A stretch of 64,000 nt of DNA. Origin: Balanoglossus misakiensis. Its lineage: Eukaryota; Animalia; Hemichordata. Positions within the stretch are counted from its first letter, which is position 1, and each line of letters starts with the position of its first letter. A model generated the notes under the pieces. That model worked only from the letters and a program-made list of their open reading frames with translations, did no database searches and had not been told where the DNA came from. Shown piece after piece: positions 25,401 to 38,481 of this stretch. Location: contig CM082582.2 in assembly GCA_040954595.2 (NCBI GenBank), positions 3,704,303-3,768,302 of the forward strand, read 5' to 3'. Position numbers and translations under genes: made by a program.

Positions 25401-28400
25401 TTGATAGACATCTGTTTAATGACCACACACACCAAATCTTGTGACTCAGTTATCGCCGGTTCTTGAGGAGAAGATTTTTGAAATTTTACTAGGGTTTTTT
25501 TTAAATCCAATATGGCTGCCATAATCTTCGACCAATCACAATGATCTTCGCAAACTTGATAGACATCAGTTAGGTGACATCATACTCGAAACGGTATGAC
25601 TCGGTTATCGCCGGTTCTGGAGAAGAAGATTTTTGAAATTTTGACCAGATTTCAGAAAAAACAACTGTAGCAAAAAAACTGCAACATTGACAGCAAAATA
25701 TCCATAACAAAAATGATGGGCAGAAGGTACACTACCAGCACGCCAAATCTGAAGTCGATCTGACTTGTAGTTTCTGAGATCTGAGATTTGCATTTTTTCA
25801 GAAAATCCAATATGGCCGCCATGTCACGTGACTAATTAAGTATTCACAAGTCACTGCACATCTACTCATTGACCTTGACCACTGTAGCAAGTTTGAGAAC
25901 TGTACCTGCAGCGGTGTCTGAGATCTAGAGCGACAAAGAAATGAACCAAGAATAAAGAAAGAATTAAAGCTGCAAGCAGCATTGTCCGGGCCCAAGCTCT
26001 ATTATCTGATCTGATTATTAGATATGCACATAATTAATGAGTAGAAACATAATGCTGTGTTTTATCCCATGAAATATCAAGTTTATATCTATGTTTGGTG
26101 TTGATATAGTGTTAAGTAGGTCAAAGGTCACCCAGAGGTCACCCACAATTTGGGCAGAAAATTTTGACCCATAGTGGTCCATGTTCAACAAAAACCAGAT
26201 CTCTCGCCCTTTTGGTTAGCCCATAATTAGGTATGCACATAAATAATGAGTTAAGCAGGTGTCACAGGTGACCAAAAACTTTGGCTTTTCATTATGGCCC
26301 CATACCTCCAAACGCCAAGGCTGTATCTGCTGTGGATGTCGAGATATGGAAAAGTAGGTCAAAGGTCACCCGAGGTCACCCAACATTTGGGCAAAATATT
26401 TTGACCCCATAGTGGTCCATGTATAACAAAAACAAAATCTCTAGGTCTATTGGTTCATCTGTAATTAGGTATGTGCATATTTAATGAGGTCAGCAGATGT
26501 CAAAGGGGTCATGAAAAGTATCAAAATTTTTTGATCACATACAAATCCACATACATCAAAAACCAAACTTATAGCCCTATTGGTTAGCCTGGAATTAGAT
26601 ATGCAGAAAAAGGATGCGTCAAAAGTAGGTCAAAGGTCATTGTCAAAATTGCCAAAATATTTATAGCTTATTCTTGTCATATGATGATTCATATCCTTAA
26701 AAATAATTTATGTGCTATCAATTTTTAGGCCAGAAAGGGAATTTTTACTTTTTAATGGTTTTTCACAAAATCCAATATGGCCGCCATAATCTTCGACCAA
26801 TCACATTCTTCTTAGCAAACTTGATAGACATCTTTTTAATGACCACACACACCAAATCTTGTGACTCGGTTATCGCCGGTTCTTGAGAAGAAGATTTTTG
26901 AAATTTTACTAGGGTTTTTCGAAAATCCAATATGGCCGCCATAATCTTCGACCAATCACAATGATCTTCGCAAACTTGATAGACATCAGTTAGGTGACCA
27001 CATACACCAAACCCTGTGTCTCGGTTATCACCGGTTCTGGAGAAGAAGATTTTTTGAAATTTAAGCCAGATTTCAGAAAAAAAATTGTAGCAAAAAACTG
27101 CAACTTTGTCAGCATAATTTCCAATTACAAAAATGATGGGCAGAAGGTAGTCTACCAGCATGCCAAATTTGAAGTCGATCTGACTTGTAGTTTCTGAGAT
27201 CTGAGATTTGCATTTTTTCAGAAAATCCAAGATGGCCGCCAGGTCACGTGACTAATTAAAAATTCAAGGGTTCAATGCACGACTACTCATTGACCTTGAC
27301 CACTGTAGCAAGTTTCAGAAGTGTACCTGCAGCGGTGTCTGAGATCTCGTGGGTCAAAGAATTGACACAAGAATAAAGAAAGAAAGAAAGAAAGTAAAAT
27401 TCCAACGAAACCAATACGGGCCCAAGCCTGGCTTGGCTTGGGCCCGTAATAATAAAGAAGAAATATTCCAACAATACCAATAGGGGCACAAGCCCGATAG
27501 GCTTGTGCCCCTAATTATGCTTTGCTATACCCCCACCTGTGGCACCGCTATATATCAATCTCTAAGTCAAAATAGGACAGATATTTGAATCATGAACAAG
27601 AACTTTTTTTTATTTTTCTTATACTCACGATAATTACCTTTAATACAATATCCATGCATGTAGTTGAACCTTAATGAACAACATGAACATCAATTATGCT
27701 ATCAGACACCAAATTTGCTTTTAATACTTAATGTAATGAGCTAATTGTTAGACGTCTATACAAATGCATTTGTACTCTGGAACCCTGTCTTTTTGCTCAG
27801 ATATTAATTCCCTGCACCTGTTTATGACAGCTGCATGCATGTGGTAATGTTTTTGGATGGGTACCATGCCACACTAAATAGTATATACATGTACATGTAC
27901 CCAATTGATCAATAGTTGGTTGGAGTTTGTCAAATCTTGTCTTTCTTCAACATGCATAGGGAACACAACTAAAAAAAATCAAGACTGCTCTTTTTTATCA
28001 GAATGAATATTCAAAGAGTATCACTTTTTTTCTATTCAGGTAAAGGTTGAAATAGTCGACACTGGTTCTGTGCGTAGGCTACGTATACAAGGTGGACCAA
28101 GGGATGTAATGCAAGTTCAAGAAAAGGCCAATACTCTTCTTGACCGTATACATGCAGAGGAGAGACTGGAAAGTGAGGCAAAGCTGATGGCCAAAAATGT
28201 GAAGTGGGTGTTCATGAACGAGAATGAGCAGCTGGAAGAGTATGATCCTTTGACTACTGGCTTTATTGAAAAAGCTTATGCTAATAACAAGAAAGATGTA
28301 ATAGTATACATTGAGGGAGGCCGGTACAAAATAAACTTCAGTACCATGACTGAGATTGATCTGGATGATCTTTCTTCGATCCCGTTAGAAGTGAGAAGAG

Positions 28401-30906
28401 AGTTGAAAACAGGTCAGTGTGCCTGACAGTTATTCACCAAATTGCATCATGGTTAATATATAAACTTGCATGAGAGATGGTGATCTCTGGCCATCAGTAT
28501 CGATACCCTTGCTGTTACGCTAACATGTACATGTAATTATTTAACTATATATTACCAAAACACCGAGGATAAAAAACATTGCATGATTTGTGGTTGAAAT
28601 TCATAAAAATTAAGTCTTGGTGATAATCATTGAAGGATGTCTGTGGTCCTTTTGTGGTGTTTTCCCTAGCCTTCCAATCAACTTTTAGGACATTTAACTT
28701 CTTTTTACCACAATTTCACCCTAGTCTTATACCTTCAACAGTGAAACACAAAAGCACATAAAGGAAATTCATTGCACCAGTGTGATGTCTGACTTTATAT
28801 TGTATCTCTGCAGGTGGTGTTCCTCTGCCCTCAGCCTGGAAAAAAATGGCATCAAATGAACAGGTAAAGAGTGTTGTTCTTGACGACAAGTCCCCCGAAT
28901 ATAACTATGTGGTGAAACATTTCAAGCAAACTCTGGGTTCCTCATACGTGTTGAAAAAAATCTTTCAGGTAGGATTTTTTTCATGGAAATTTGTGACAGC
29001 TACATGTACATGTATGTGTGTGTGTGTGCATGTGTGTGTGTTTGTGTGTGTGAAATAAAACTCATCTGTAATTGTACCTGAATTCTTGTAGAAGATATGA
29101 CTGTTGATGTTCATTCTTTAATGTACTGAGAGCCATATATAATTGCCTCTGCTCTGTTGAGTGGAGCTATATTGTTTGTACAAGTTTGGTACCATTTTGT
29201 ACTGTTTTTCAGTTGAGCTAATTAATTCATGACATGAACACAGTGTGTAATTTTAGATATTGTTATTAAAATACCTGTAAACTGTACCGGGGTACATCCT
29301 TATACATGTATAAAAGATTCAGTTAGCCAAAACACAAAGTGGTTAAAACACAATATGTTTTAACAACGAAATGATGATGTCTTAACTTGTTATATATTAA
29401 CTTATAGATTGTACGCATTCAAAATCCAAGATTGTATCGTCAGTATGTGGTTTTGAAGCAAGACATGGATTCAAAAAACCCACCAGGAACACAAAATGAG
29501 AAGATGTTATACCATGGCACAAGATCAGGCTCTGTCTCAAAAATAAATGCTGGTGGATTCAATAGAAGTTTTGCAGGAAAAAATGGTAATCGCATTTTTT
29601 TCTTTTTTACGAGCCAAAAATTCTTTCAATTGTATATACAATATATGAACTGAATTATCCAATTGACAACCTTATTGCATTTGATATGTGTGTAAATTAC
29701 TACAATGGAAACGTGAAACATTTGTTATTCCAAGAGTCATCCCATACCCTTTGCATGTCTTGTTTTTTCCGTGACTACCGTGTATATGTTTAACTGTCAT
29801 ATAACAGAAACTAGGTAAGCCCAATCCATGATGGTGAAGTTAAGGGTTATTTTTACACTAGCTAACATGGCAAAATGAACTTTATACCTGTACCTGATCT
29901 ATACGGTATACCACATAAAAATTATTTTAATGAGTGGTGTGGTCACTGGTGTAAAGTGTGTCAGTACTGTCACAAATACATGAAGTGATTCGTACAGCAG
30001 AATACTCTGCATCACAGGTGAAAATAACTTCTGTATGTCACAGATCAAGCACACTGAAGTAATGTTCTGTTAAACAGTTATTTAATTGCCTGTGTTTCCT
30101 GAAATGTGCTAAAAATTGAAGTTTTGACTGGGGAGTTTTTACTTTCAATATAATGATGTGGCAATGATGATTGCACCATAAGACGTGATTTGGCCGACCA
30201 TGATGCAGTTTAATGCAATTTAAAAGGCTAATACTTTGATTTTGTGACAGTAGAGAAGAATAACTGTAATGTGCACAAATATTCAATAATCACCACATTT
30301 TTCTGTATTCACCTCCAGCATACCCTCAATACAAATTTTACACAGTCACATTACGCACAATTGTAGTTTTTCTTAGTATTGGTCGAGATGACAAAGGAAA
30401 TTTAAGAGCTATTTATTTATTATACTACTCGATATAGCACAAATTGCTCTATTTATTTATTCACCTGTGGCTTGTGCATATTAATTTGAGCATGTTTTCA
30501 ACAGGGACTGTTTTATCTCGTTTGCATATTATCAATGAACCTACGGTATGCCACGTTAATTTTGCGGGCAACAACAATGTAATCAATACATGCAATGATG
30601 TACGTTTCTTTATTTTCAGCTACATATTTTGGGGATGGAAGCTACTTTGCTGTGAATGCGAGCTATTCAGCTTCAGGAACATATTCAAGGCCAGATGACA
30701 GCGGTAAGAAATACATGTACCAGGCAAAAGTCCTAACAGGAGAGTATACAAAAGGGGCTCAGGGCATGAAGGTACCACCTTCCAAGAATCCAAATAATTC
30801 GACTGACTGCTATGACAGTGTCACAAACAACGAACAAAAGCCAGAGATATTTGTCGTCTTCAATGATGCTATGGCTTACCCAGAGTATCTCATTGTATTT
30901 CAATAG
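21..30906 (+). CDS. PARP14: PARP14-like macro-domain mono-ADP-ribosyltransferase (RRMs-KH-2x macro-KH-WWE-ART), 5'-partial, multi-exon
   Basis: Phase-consistent GT-AG exons: 21-137, 477-650, 1168-1284, [1811-1987, 2177-2437, 3103-3339, 3602-truncated], [4640-4816, 5006-5266, 5932-6168, 6431-truncated], 7469-7645, 7835-8095, 8750-8986, 9249-11003, 11427-11903, 12560-12712, 13420-13659, 14402-14611, 14824-15002, 15748-15825, 28040-28412, 28814-28968, 29408-29585, 30620-30906. Motifs: LELYFE..KSGGG (PARP14/PARP10-type RRM), [16 protein letters not shown] and [16 protein letters not shown] (macro), KWVF...IEKAY...YKINF (WWE), LYHGT...[27 protein letters not shown] (ART). Exact orthology (PARP14 vs PARP9/15-like) is not resolvable by eye. 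Confidence 0.88.
1333..9820 (+). repeat. Tandem triplication, period 2829 bp, of four PARP14-like exons
   Basis: Identical ORFs at 1901/4730/7559 and 2221/5050/7879; junctions ...GCAGAAAGCAA|ATGATCATGGGGG at ~4162 and ~6991; third copy slightly diverged and intact. Confidence 0.97.
1515..1688. mobile_element. TTAA-flanked MITE (Kolobok-like), TIR AGGTATACGGTCACCT; copies at 4344-4517 and 7173-7346, related copies ~37765-37945 and ~48062-48251
   Basis: ttaa|aggtatacggtcacct ... aggtgaccgtatacct|ttaa; superfamily inferred from the TTAA TSD and AGG termini. Confidence 0.8.
9249..11003 (+). CDS. PARP14: Intact large PARP14-like exon (RRM end, KH-like region, start of macrodomain 1)
   Basis: Acceptor tcctcag at 9248, donor G|gtaaat after 11003; 1755 nt, phase 1-1; within ORF 9128..11011. 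Confidence 0.9.
15952..16160. mobile_element. TA-flanked MITE with CTGTAAAAC termini
   Basis: ta|ctgtaaaacaggaaattttt ... aaaaattcccgttttacag|ta; related copy at 43005-43211. Confidence 0.8.
16278..23270 (-). mobile_element. Five head-to-tail non-autonomous Helentron-type (HINE/DINE-1-like) units, ~1.2-1.5 kb each
   Basis: Unit boundaries TTAAAGCTGC at 16278, 17699, 19120, 20303, 21724. Read on the - strand: 5' subTIR/IR hairpin TAGGGCCCAAGC, (TTTC)n microsatellite, internal subrepeats, 3' subTIR GCTTGGGCCC then hairpin GCTGCTYGCAGC and TTTAA. This is the described HINE architecture; no Rep/helicase ORF is visible. Confidence 0.8.
23394..27514 (-). mobile_element. Diverged HINE-like element (subTIR GGGGCACAAGC) interrupted by a two-unit tandem of a sister subfamily (24606-27449, subTIR CGGGCCCAAGC)
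   Basis: The 3' end at 23394 carries ggggcacaagc, matching the 5' hairpin ggggcacaagc-ccgatag-gcttgtgcccc at 27483-27511; inner units start at 24606 and 25964 with their own 5' hairpin at ~27417-27446. Confidence 0.75.
28040..28412 (+). CDS. PARP14: PARP14-like KH-end plus WWE domain exon
   Basis: ttcag|GTAAAG acceptor, ACAG|gtcagt donor; WWE-like peptide in ORF 28070..28426. Confidence 0.88.
29015..29052. repeat. (TG)n microsatellite, imperfect
   Basis: tgtgtgtgtgtgtgcatgtgtgtgtgtttgtgtgtgtg. Confidence 0.85.
30620..30906 (+). CDS. PARP14: Terminal ART catalytic exon
   Basis: [17 protein letters not shown]...VLTGEYTKG...YDSV...[21 protein letters not shown]. Confidence 0.93.
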
Positions 30907-31916
30907 AATAACAAAGTTTACTGGTACTTGGTGCCTTTTAGAAACTTGAAAATGTTCGCATCATTTGAGGTGATGAAATCATATATGAAGAACAGGACAA
31001 AAAGTTTGCAGAACAGAATATGCAGTGTCTCTTATGGTATTTAGGGGAAATATTAAACAGGAAACAGTTTGATTTGTTACTTTGTGGGGTAATATTGATG
31101 GAGAATTGATATTGTATTGATGCTATAGACAGCTTTGAGCCAAAACACTTTATTATGTGTAATTTGTCAATCGTAACTTTCTGTTGCTCACATTAAATGT
31201 GTTCTGTATTGTTATGTGATTCTTAATGTATGCAAGCCAAAGGCTTGTCCAATTCTAGCAGCCACAAGCCTAATTATCACAGGTAATCTCTTTCAGTTTT
31301 ATTTTTGTTGTTTAACAGCTTTTACCTTAGCATTGGTATTAGGTAGCTTGGGGATGATGTAAACTTCGATGTTGAACTTTTTCACCATTTTTCATTGATT
31401 GGTGAACTAATGTATGTGCATTAATCACCCTCTTGTATCAAAAATATGTATCACACTTTGGCTACATTCATGGCTTACAAGCTTGATGTGAAGTTTTAGA
31501 ACAATTGCTTCATTTAATGACAGAGTTTTAAAATGAATTCTTCCTATGTGTAATTAAAAATTTGACAGCTATTTGTATGGGATATATGCATATGAAAATT
31601 ATCAAGAATTGACAATCATTGCAAGGGTATGAGTTTGCAAACAAGTATAGCATGAAAGTTAATCATATCTTGGGACTCTCAGTTTGAGCTTGGTGGGATC
31701 ATGTTAGTGTCTTGATCAGTGCATGGTCACAAGGTAAGGATGATTTATCATGTGGTAAAAAGTGTTAGCAAAATTCATCCTTTTTATAATATACAGTCAC
31801 TTTTCAGTTCTATAGTGGGGCTTGGTTTGCAGTTTCCTTGTGTGTTTTCTATGATACCTCCTTAAAATCATGTAATGATCAACTATATGTATATCAATTT
31901 GCTCATTTGCCAAATG

Positions 31917-31922
31917 AATAAA
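31917..31922 (+). promoter_or_regulatory. Candidate polyadenylation signal of the PARP14-like gene
   Basis: AATAAA ~1 kb after the stop codon; not verified. Confidence 0.3.
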
Positions 31923-32813
31923 ATCATGTATTTTAAAAGGAGTCTTTCAGTTAAAACATTTTAAAATGTCAGCGACATTCAGCATATTGGATATGTCTAT
32001 TGTCTGTCCATTCGTCTGTCTGTCAATCCATCCATCAACAATTGACTTCTCAGTGTCCATAGAACTGATGATTGATATGTTTTTGAAAATGGTTTTATTA
32101 ACAGATACAAACTAATGTTACATGTACGTATTTCAAGTTAAAATCTTACATTGTACAATTTCCAAAATTTGATAAATGGCAGAAAATGACAGATTTCTGT
32201 CAAAATAATTTCTGTCAAAATATATTATAACACTATTTATCAATCATAAAATATTGATATTTTCAATGAGCTCGAACAATGTTATCACTGGCCCTGTATA
32301 AGTGTACGTTCCCCCTATAAAATGCCACTCAAGTTTCATTTTTATAACAAACCCAAGAATTTCACCTTGAGAAAAAATAAATATTAGTAAATGACACATG
32401 CAAGACACTTTGGTATACCTGAAAACCTTTGGACAATATTCAATAAAATTATTTCAAAAATTGTAGAGCAATTACCGGGTACCTGGTATCTCATATTGGC
32501 TATACATAACTTGATCAAATTATGAAACCTCAGTGAAATTAGATAATCCAGCTTCATAGTTTCTGTGACCACAATCTGACTATTAGGTTTTCTGAAAAGT
32601 TTGTCATTCTTATGTAGCATATACAATAATGCATATACATGTGTTTATACCAGTAAATATCAATATTATTTCCAAGGAAGCTCCAAACATTGTGGCATCA
32701 CCAAGCAATAATGAATACAAACGCACACCAGGGAACCTGACTCCACTCATAATAAAGTTGTTTCTTTTTTACTTAAATTTGGTAAGTGAAATATTTGAAT
32801 ATTGAAATCAAAG

Positions 32814-35600
32814 TTATACATTTCCTTCCCATATATCTTCTTTCTGCTTTTTCACTTCTCGTTTCTTTTCTGGGATAAAAAAAATGTAGACGTTTTCATT
32901 ACAGGTTAATAAAGTGAATGAAAATATCATTGTTGCCACCACCATTATCATCATCATCATTGTCACCATCGTCACCACCACCATCATCATCTGGGTGATA
33001 ATATAATATACCAGAGTACAAGATAAGAGGACATCGTAAGCCCTGAATACAACTACCAACCTTTAGCCTGTTTAATCTTCTTTTTCTCTGCATCCCATTT
33101 CTCCCTTGATACACTGGACTGGATTCCAAGGGCACATGCTGACTAGTCTCCGTGCTGTCAAACCAACCAAAGTGAGATTTTCAGTCTCAATCAAACGGGG
33201 GTTATGGACTTTCTCAGTCAGGGAAAATTACTAGTACATGTATTTTCTGTGATTTGGTTTGTTATTCAAGACACAAATTTAAAGAATTTGTCAATACATT
33301 CGTCAACATATGATTGTTGACGAAAACCTTTGTTCTGAGATTAATCTCATAATTTATGAAGTAGCAATTTAGCAGCCACATGTTCAACATCACAGCTGAA
33401 TGATGAATCACTAAATTTCATTATCCATAGACAGCCATCAGACATACATGGAAAAACCCATCAAAAGCAGCACGTACATGTATGAGAGCATTTATATTAC
33501 CTGCCATGGCACTAGTCTGGGGTCTTGCCTTGTAGGGCTGCAAGAATTCTACACTCTTCCTTGCTTTCTGTTTGCCAGGCCTCTCTCGAAGCCATCATTA
33601 TCGGACGGGTCTTCAACATTGGATGGCGGGTGTCCAGTGCATCATTGGCTGCAGGAGGGGAGGGGATCGAGGGGAGATATATAACCCAAAGCTCAAATGT
33701 AAAATGGTAAAAACGAGACCATGAAATAAAACATGTCTGTTTTGACTGTCTTTGTTTGAGGATCATTATTCAGCCTCCTAATGCAAGGTGCATGGTATGC
33801 GCACATGCATATTCGAATATTCAACACTATCCCCTGATACTATCAAACAAACAACAGAAAAGAATAATCCACTAGCAACGCTTATACCGTACTTACCAGC
33901 TATTTGACTTGAGAATACTGCTAAGGCGTGTGTATCATCTACCCATTTAATATCAAATCCCTGGGATCTATAACAAAGAAGTGTTTTGGGTGAAATTTGT
34001 TCTTTAAAAGTACAATTTTCATTTCATATTACATTTTTATAGAAGTTAAACATGACATATCTTCAGTCTGTATGAAATATCCGATTCTTCAGCCAACATT
34101 TGTTTAGCAAATGTATAAAATCTCCATTCTCAGAGCCACAGAATTCCAGATGTCATTCACGTCTTTCTGAGACTGTATCTTTGTAGACATGGAGAAATTT
34201 TTCACCAACTAATGCCTAAACTCAAGAAGGGGCACTGCATGCCAACACAAAGCTGATGACGTTACTCACTGGAACTGATGGAATTAGCCATGACAAGATC
34301 TTGTGTCTTGAACTCCGCAGGAAAATCAATCACATGACCAAAGTCTGTGTCACAAAAGGAATTTTTTTAGAAAATTGATTGTCAACTATACTCATTGCAG
34401 TGTTCATCAGTTGTTGATGTGAAATTGAATACAATATTGGCAACATTCTAATTACGGTAGTAACTTTGCATAAAGTTTACATGTTATTGAATTCTATTCT
34501 CCATCTGGCATTGAAACAGTCACCACTAGCTATAGCAAAGTTTTGTAATAACTGAATGAGAACTTGCACCTGTTACAAACTCTTACATATACAAATAGCA
34601 AATGGTGTAAAAATGTTACCAGAATAGTCAAAGTTATCTTTGGGCTGATAGTTGTAATAGTCAAATTCTGGCTTTTTAGGTTTCTTTACTTCTTTGGAGA
34701 GCTGCACATGATTGTAGAAAATAAGATAAAAGACAAAGAATGGTAGAACAACAGAAACTCCCTGAGAGAATTTAAGTTGTGGATGTCGAAATTCACTATA
34801 ACATGTCAGTGTACCAGAGGAAGTAAATTTATGTACCTCTTTCGTAAGGTCTTCATTCAAACACTCTCCGCTGTCATCAAACATTGCATCCCAGGAGGAG
34901 TCCTCCTCCCCCTCCTCTACAGCAACAAGCTGACAGTCACTCTGTGGGATTAGCGTCTTCCCGACCGGTAGCACTTCCAGCATTTCCTGGAGCATCACAG
35001 GGAACTGATGATGGGGACTGTACTTGTGAAGTCTTTTCCATCTCTTGATAACTCAGATGCTCGTGACACTGATTCAGGTGAGTTAAATTTACTTTTGAAC
35101 TTTCAATGCTTGTTGTGTTTTTTGACATTCCTGCTGGCTGATCACTTTCTCCCGAGACTTCATATTTTCCCGCACTTTCATTTTCCTGCACTGCTTCATC
35201 ATAACCACTCGTTTCTGTTCTTCTTGATAAATCTGCTGTATTTGTTTTTGTTCCAACAGTATGCGGGTAAACTGCTTTTGGAATAATTGCATCTGATGTG
35301 ATGTCATCTTCCTTGGATTGAGAACTGACATCAACAGCCTCCTCACATTTCACACTGTCATCAATTATTTCCTGACACCCATCCCTCTCTGTGTCTTTGT
35401 TTTCTCTCGACTGATGATCAATATTTTCCCTTTCCTCCTGCATCTCCTGTCTTTCAATATTTTCTGAGTTTGCCGTAACATACTCTCTTGCGCTGCATGG
35501 ATAATCCCCTTGTTACAAAAATTGACCATGATATCATCCGGAAGTACCACATCTGGAATATTAATACCCATGGTTACAGATTAGCATACTGACAGACTGA
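32814..35600 (-). pseudogene. R3HCC1L: R3HCC1L/R3HCC1-like locus with multiple frameshifts (introns retained)
   Basis: Exons (-): ~35600-34837 (SWDAMFDDSGECL), 34701-34620 (FDYYNY), 34344-34270 (FGHVI-DFPAEFKTQDL), 33967-33897 (GFDIKWVDDTHALAVFSS), 33648-33501 (HPMLKTRP...EFLQPYKARPQTSA), 33154-33061 (ARRLV..ALG), 32869-32814 (KQKEDIWEGNV*). The frame breaks in at least four exons. Confidence 0.8.
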
Positions 35601-35872
35601 CAGGCTAATAATCTTAAGTTATAGCAAGGTGTAGACAGCAAAGTCGTACAAAGGTCAACACACCTATCAATACATGTTTATTTTTCGACAGTATGAATTA
35701 AAATAAAATTGTTTTCATTTTCACTTTCATGGACTTACTGGAAGTAGATAGGTCACGCATCGTCATCATCGAGGACACATTCCTCCCAGCAGTGAAATAA
35801 TTTATCCCGACTGAGTTCTTATAATGATAACAGCATCGGTCCTGTGTACAACGACGGCTATCGCGGTAACTT

Positions 35873-37762
35873 CCCTTACAAAAATGCCAACAAAGCAGCA
35901 GCTCTGCAGCAGCCTTCAGCAGCTCTGCTGTGAAGGCATTGTGGTGCTCTTGCAGACACGCTGTGGTGTTCTCGCAGAGAGTGTCTCTGCAGCAGTGGCA
36001 ATGCGGCAGGTCGCAACTAAATGTGGCTCTACAGTAGAGGTGGTAATCCTTGCAATAAGGACACAAGAGCTTGCCGCAAAGTAGCCGCAAAGATGCAAGG
36101 CTTTTCTCTATGCAGAAATGATGCAAGAGTAATTCTCAAAGTACAAATCTATGCAGCAGGGACACAAGAATTGACCTTTTTATGATCTCCAACTTTGGTT
36201 GACCCTATTTGATATCAGGTGATGTGAAACAAAGCTAGTAATTGGCCAAAGTCATTTTGCCGCCATTTTCTAAACTTGCAAGCTTCAAACTACAAGTGTC
36301 TCCAGCTAGCTGCCAGATCATGAGTATGTTCAGGTGGACTGTCTTTCATTTAATGCTTTTGGATGTACCAGATGCCAACACGGAGGTACAGCAGAAGACA
36401 CTGATCATTCAAGTGTACATCTGAAATATTTTACAGAACTTGGAAAGGGAAGACAGCTAGATCATAGATCCCAAGTTTCTTCAAGTTCAAGCTAGGCAGG
36501 CATTACATTTTTTATACATTGATTGTTTGACACATTTTTCACTGGATTTATTCGTAACTTGTTATTTGAGTAACGTAGTGATGTTGATGATCGATGTTGA
36601 GATATTTTTATGGCTGAACTTATTCAGGAATTTACGGTACGGGCAGGGCTGGGTTTGGTTGATGATGCCGATTGGTGTTGGTTGGCCCTGTCCGACGATC
36701 AGAACAGATCAGCGTCCGGCAGCATCTGTTGCCGGCCACCATGAAAATCTATTGTAAAAACCGTACGTGAACCATAGACAAAAGTGTACTTCGCAAGTTT
36801 CTGTTCAATGAGTTTACGAATATTTTGTGAACAAAACTTGACTAGCCAGTGTCATATCGTAATAGTAGTAAGCAAATTTAATATTAGGAGGTCTGTGTTT
36901 TTATATAAACATCCGATCTCATTGGGGTAGTACAAAATCAAAAGTTTGCCATGAATACTCCCGTTGTTGACGTTGAATCCAGGGGGGGGGGGGGGCGACT
37001 CGATCACACAAAAAAATCAAATGCGTTATTGGCAGATCTTGCTATCTAACACAAATACAATGAATCAATGCTAAAATCAACTGTTGATAAAATAAAAGGC
37101 TCGACAGTCTGTCTCAAAAAGATGGTATGCATACCAAACTGTTTCCTGTACACCGCATGCTTACTGTACTTTGCGTCCGTGTTATCCACGCAAGCGAGAA
37201 AAAGAAACATCTTGTTCATTTGTAAGCCCTTCTTCAATAAATTAAATGTGTCCGTGTTCAGTTAACACAACCAAAAACTCATAAAAACTTCCATTTTTCC
37301 CCCCTGACTTCAATAAATACGATTGAATCACACTGTTATGCCGCCATGTTGTTAGTATTCCCTAACTTTACATAAAATGATCACAACTTTGACCCCTTAG
37401 AAATTTTTGTTTCTGCATTACGGCTGTTTTTGTCCTGAACTAAATTTTGCTGTTCTATGTGAAATACTCCATGATAGTGATGTAAATATAATCTCTTATA
37501 ATTATATATTAATCAAGTGCGTACATGTATGTGTATGCCATGGCTTCCCAATTGCTTACCTTGTCTTTCTCTATACATCTACGGCAGCGACGATCGCGAA
37601 GCGATCGTATCTAACGCCTGTGGTCTCTGCCGCAGCTCTGCAGAATCACCTAATTTGCATGCGAAAAAACGGCTCTGCTGCGTCTACCTGCTGTAGAGCT
37701 GCAGCAAACCTGCTGTAGAGCTGCTGCAATATATCGCGACAAGGCCTATATTTTCATAAGGG
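35873..37762. mobile_element. Non-autonomous DNA transposon, CCCTTA...TAAGGG termini, 2-bp TSD (TT), GCAGC-rich subterminal repeats (EnSpm/CMC-like)
   Basis: tt|cccttacaaaaat ... attttcataaggg|tt (13-bp TIR, 2 mismatches); gctctgc/gcagc repeats near both ends. Confidence 0.6.
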
Positions 37763-38481
37763 TTAGGTCACCTTCAATTTACATGTACCCGTATGTCATT
37801 TAATATATGGCTAATATGGCGTGAAGAACATATGGAGGCGCTCGCTCTTTTTTCGCGCGTGCCACGCACTGAAAGTGTGATTGGCCAGATCTCAATTTTC
37901 CATGGTAACTGTAGCTTATTATTCATATATGACCGTGTATACCTTTAACTCCCATTATATGAGAGGTCTGTAAAGTTGTTGTCTTTGCTTTACAGTGGGT
38001 CATTTATTTATTTCTTGTTTATTAATTTTCTACTATTCTCGTCAGACTATCCGCAAAGTCACAGCTGACTTGTGTCAGTTTTGTCTGTTATCTGAATAGA
38101 ATGCTGACTCTGCAGTTTTTGTACAATTTGATTGACAGCTTGTTATATATTCTTTGTTGTTTGAATATTTTCGGTTAATTTTCAACAGTGGTGAGTATCA
38201 GCTTGTGTCCGTTTTGCCCTCCCTTTGTGAAATTGCATCATGATAATTTGTGCCCAGGACTAACTTTATAATTAATTGGCTAACTTACTAGTAAAGTGGC
38301 CAAAATGGTCAAGGGGCTTTACCGAAGTTTTGAATACTCTTTTACTCACTAGCTCCCCACTGTTTCTTCAAGACAGCGCCTTCCTTTTCTGGACTATAGA
38401 AGGATGACCTATTTGTGGAGACCCATTTGTTTTCTTGGCGTGTTACATCATTTTTATTCGATTGCCAATCCATCTTTGCAT

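Noticed and set aside
16776-27489. Numerous 60-155 aa ORFs in the PARP intron
   Set aside because: They recur with the repeat units and lack Rep/helicase or any other recognisable motif; these are chance ORFs in non-autonomous elements.
32930-32992. Poly-Asp/Gly ORF from (CAT/CAC)n
   Set aside because: Intronic trinucleotide microsatellite between two R3HCC1L-like exons.
35698-36126. Cys/His-rich ORFs resembling a zinc finger
   Set aside because: They arise from GCAGC-rich subterminal repeats of the 35873-37762 transposon.
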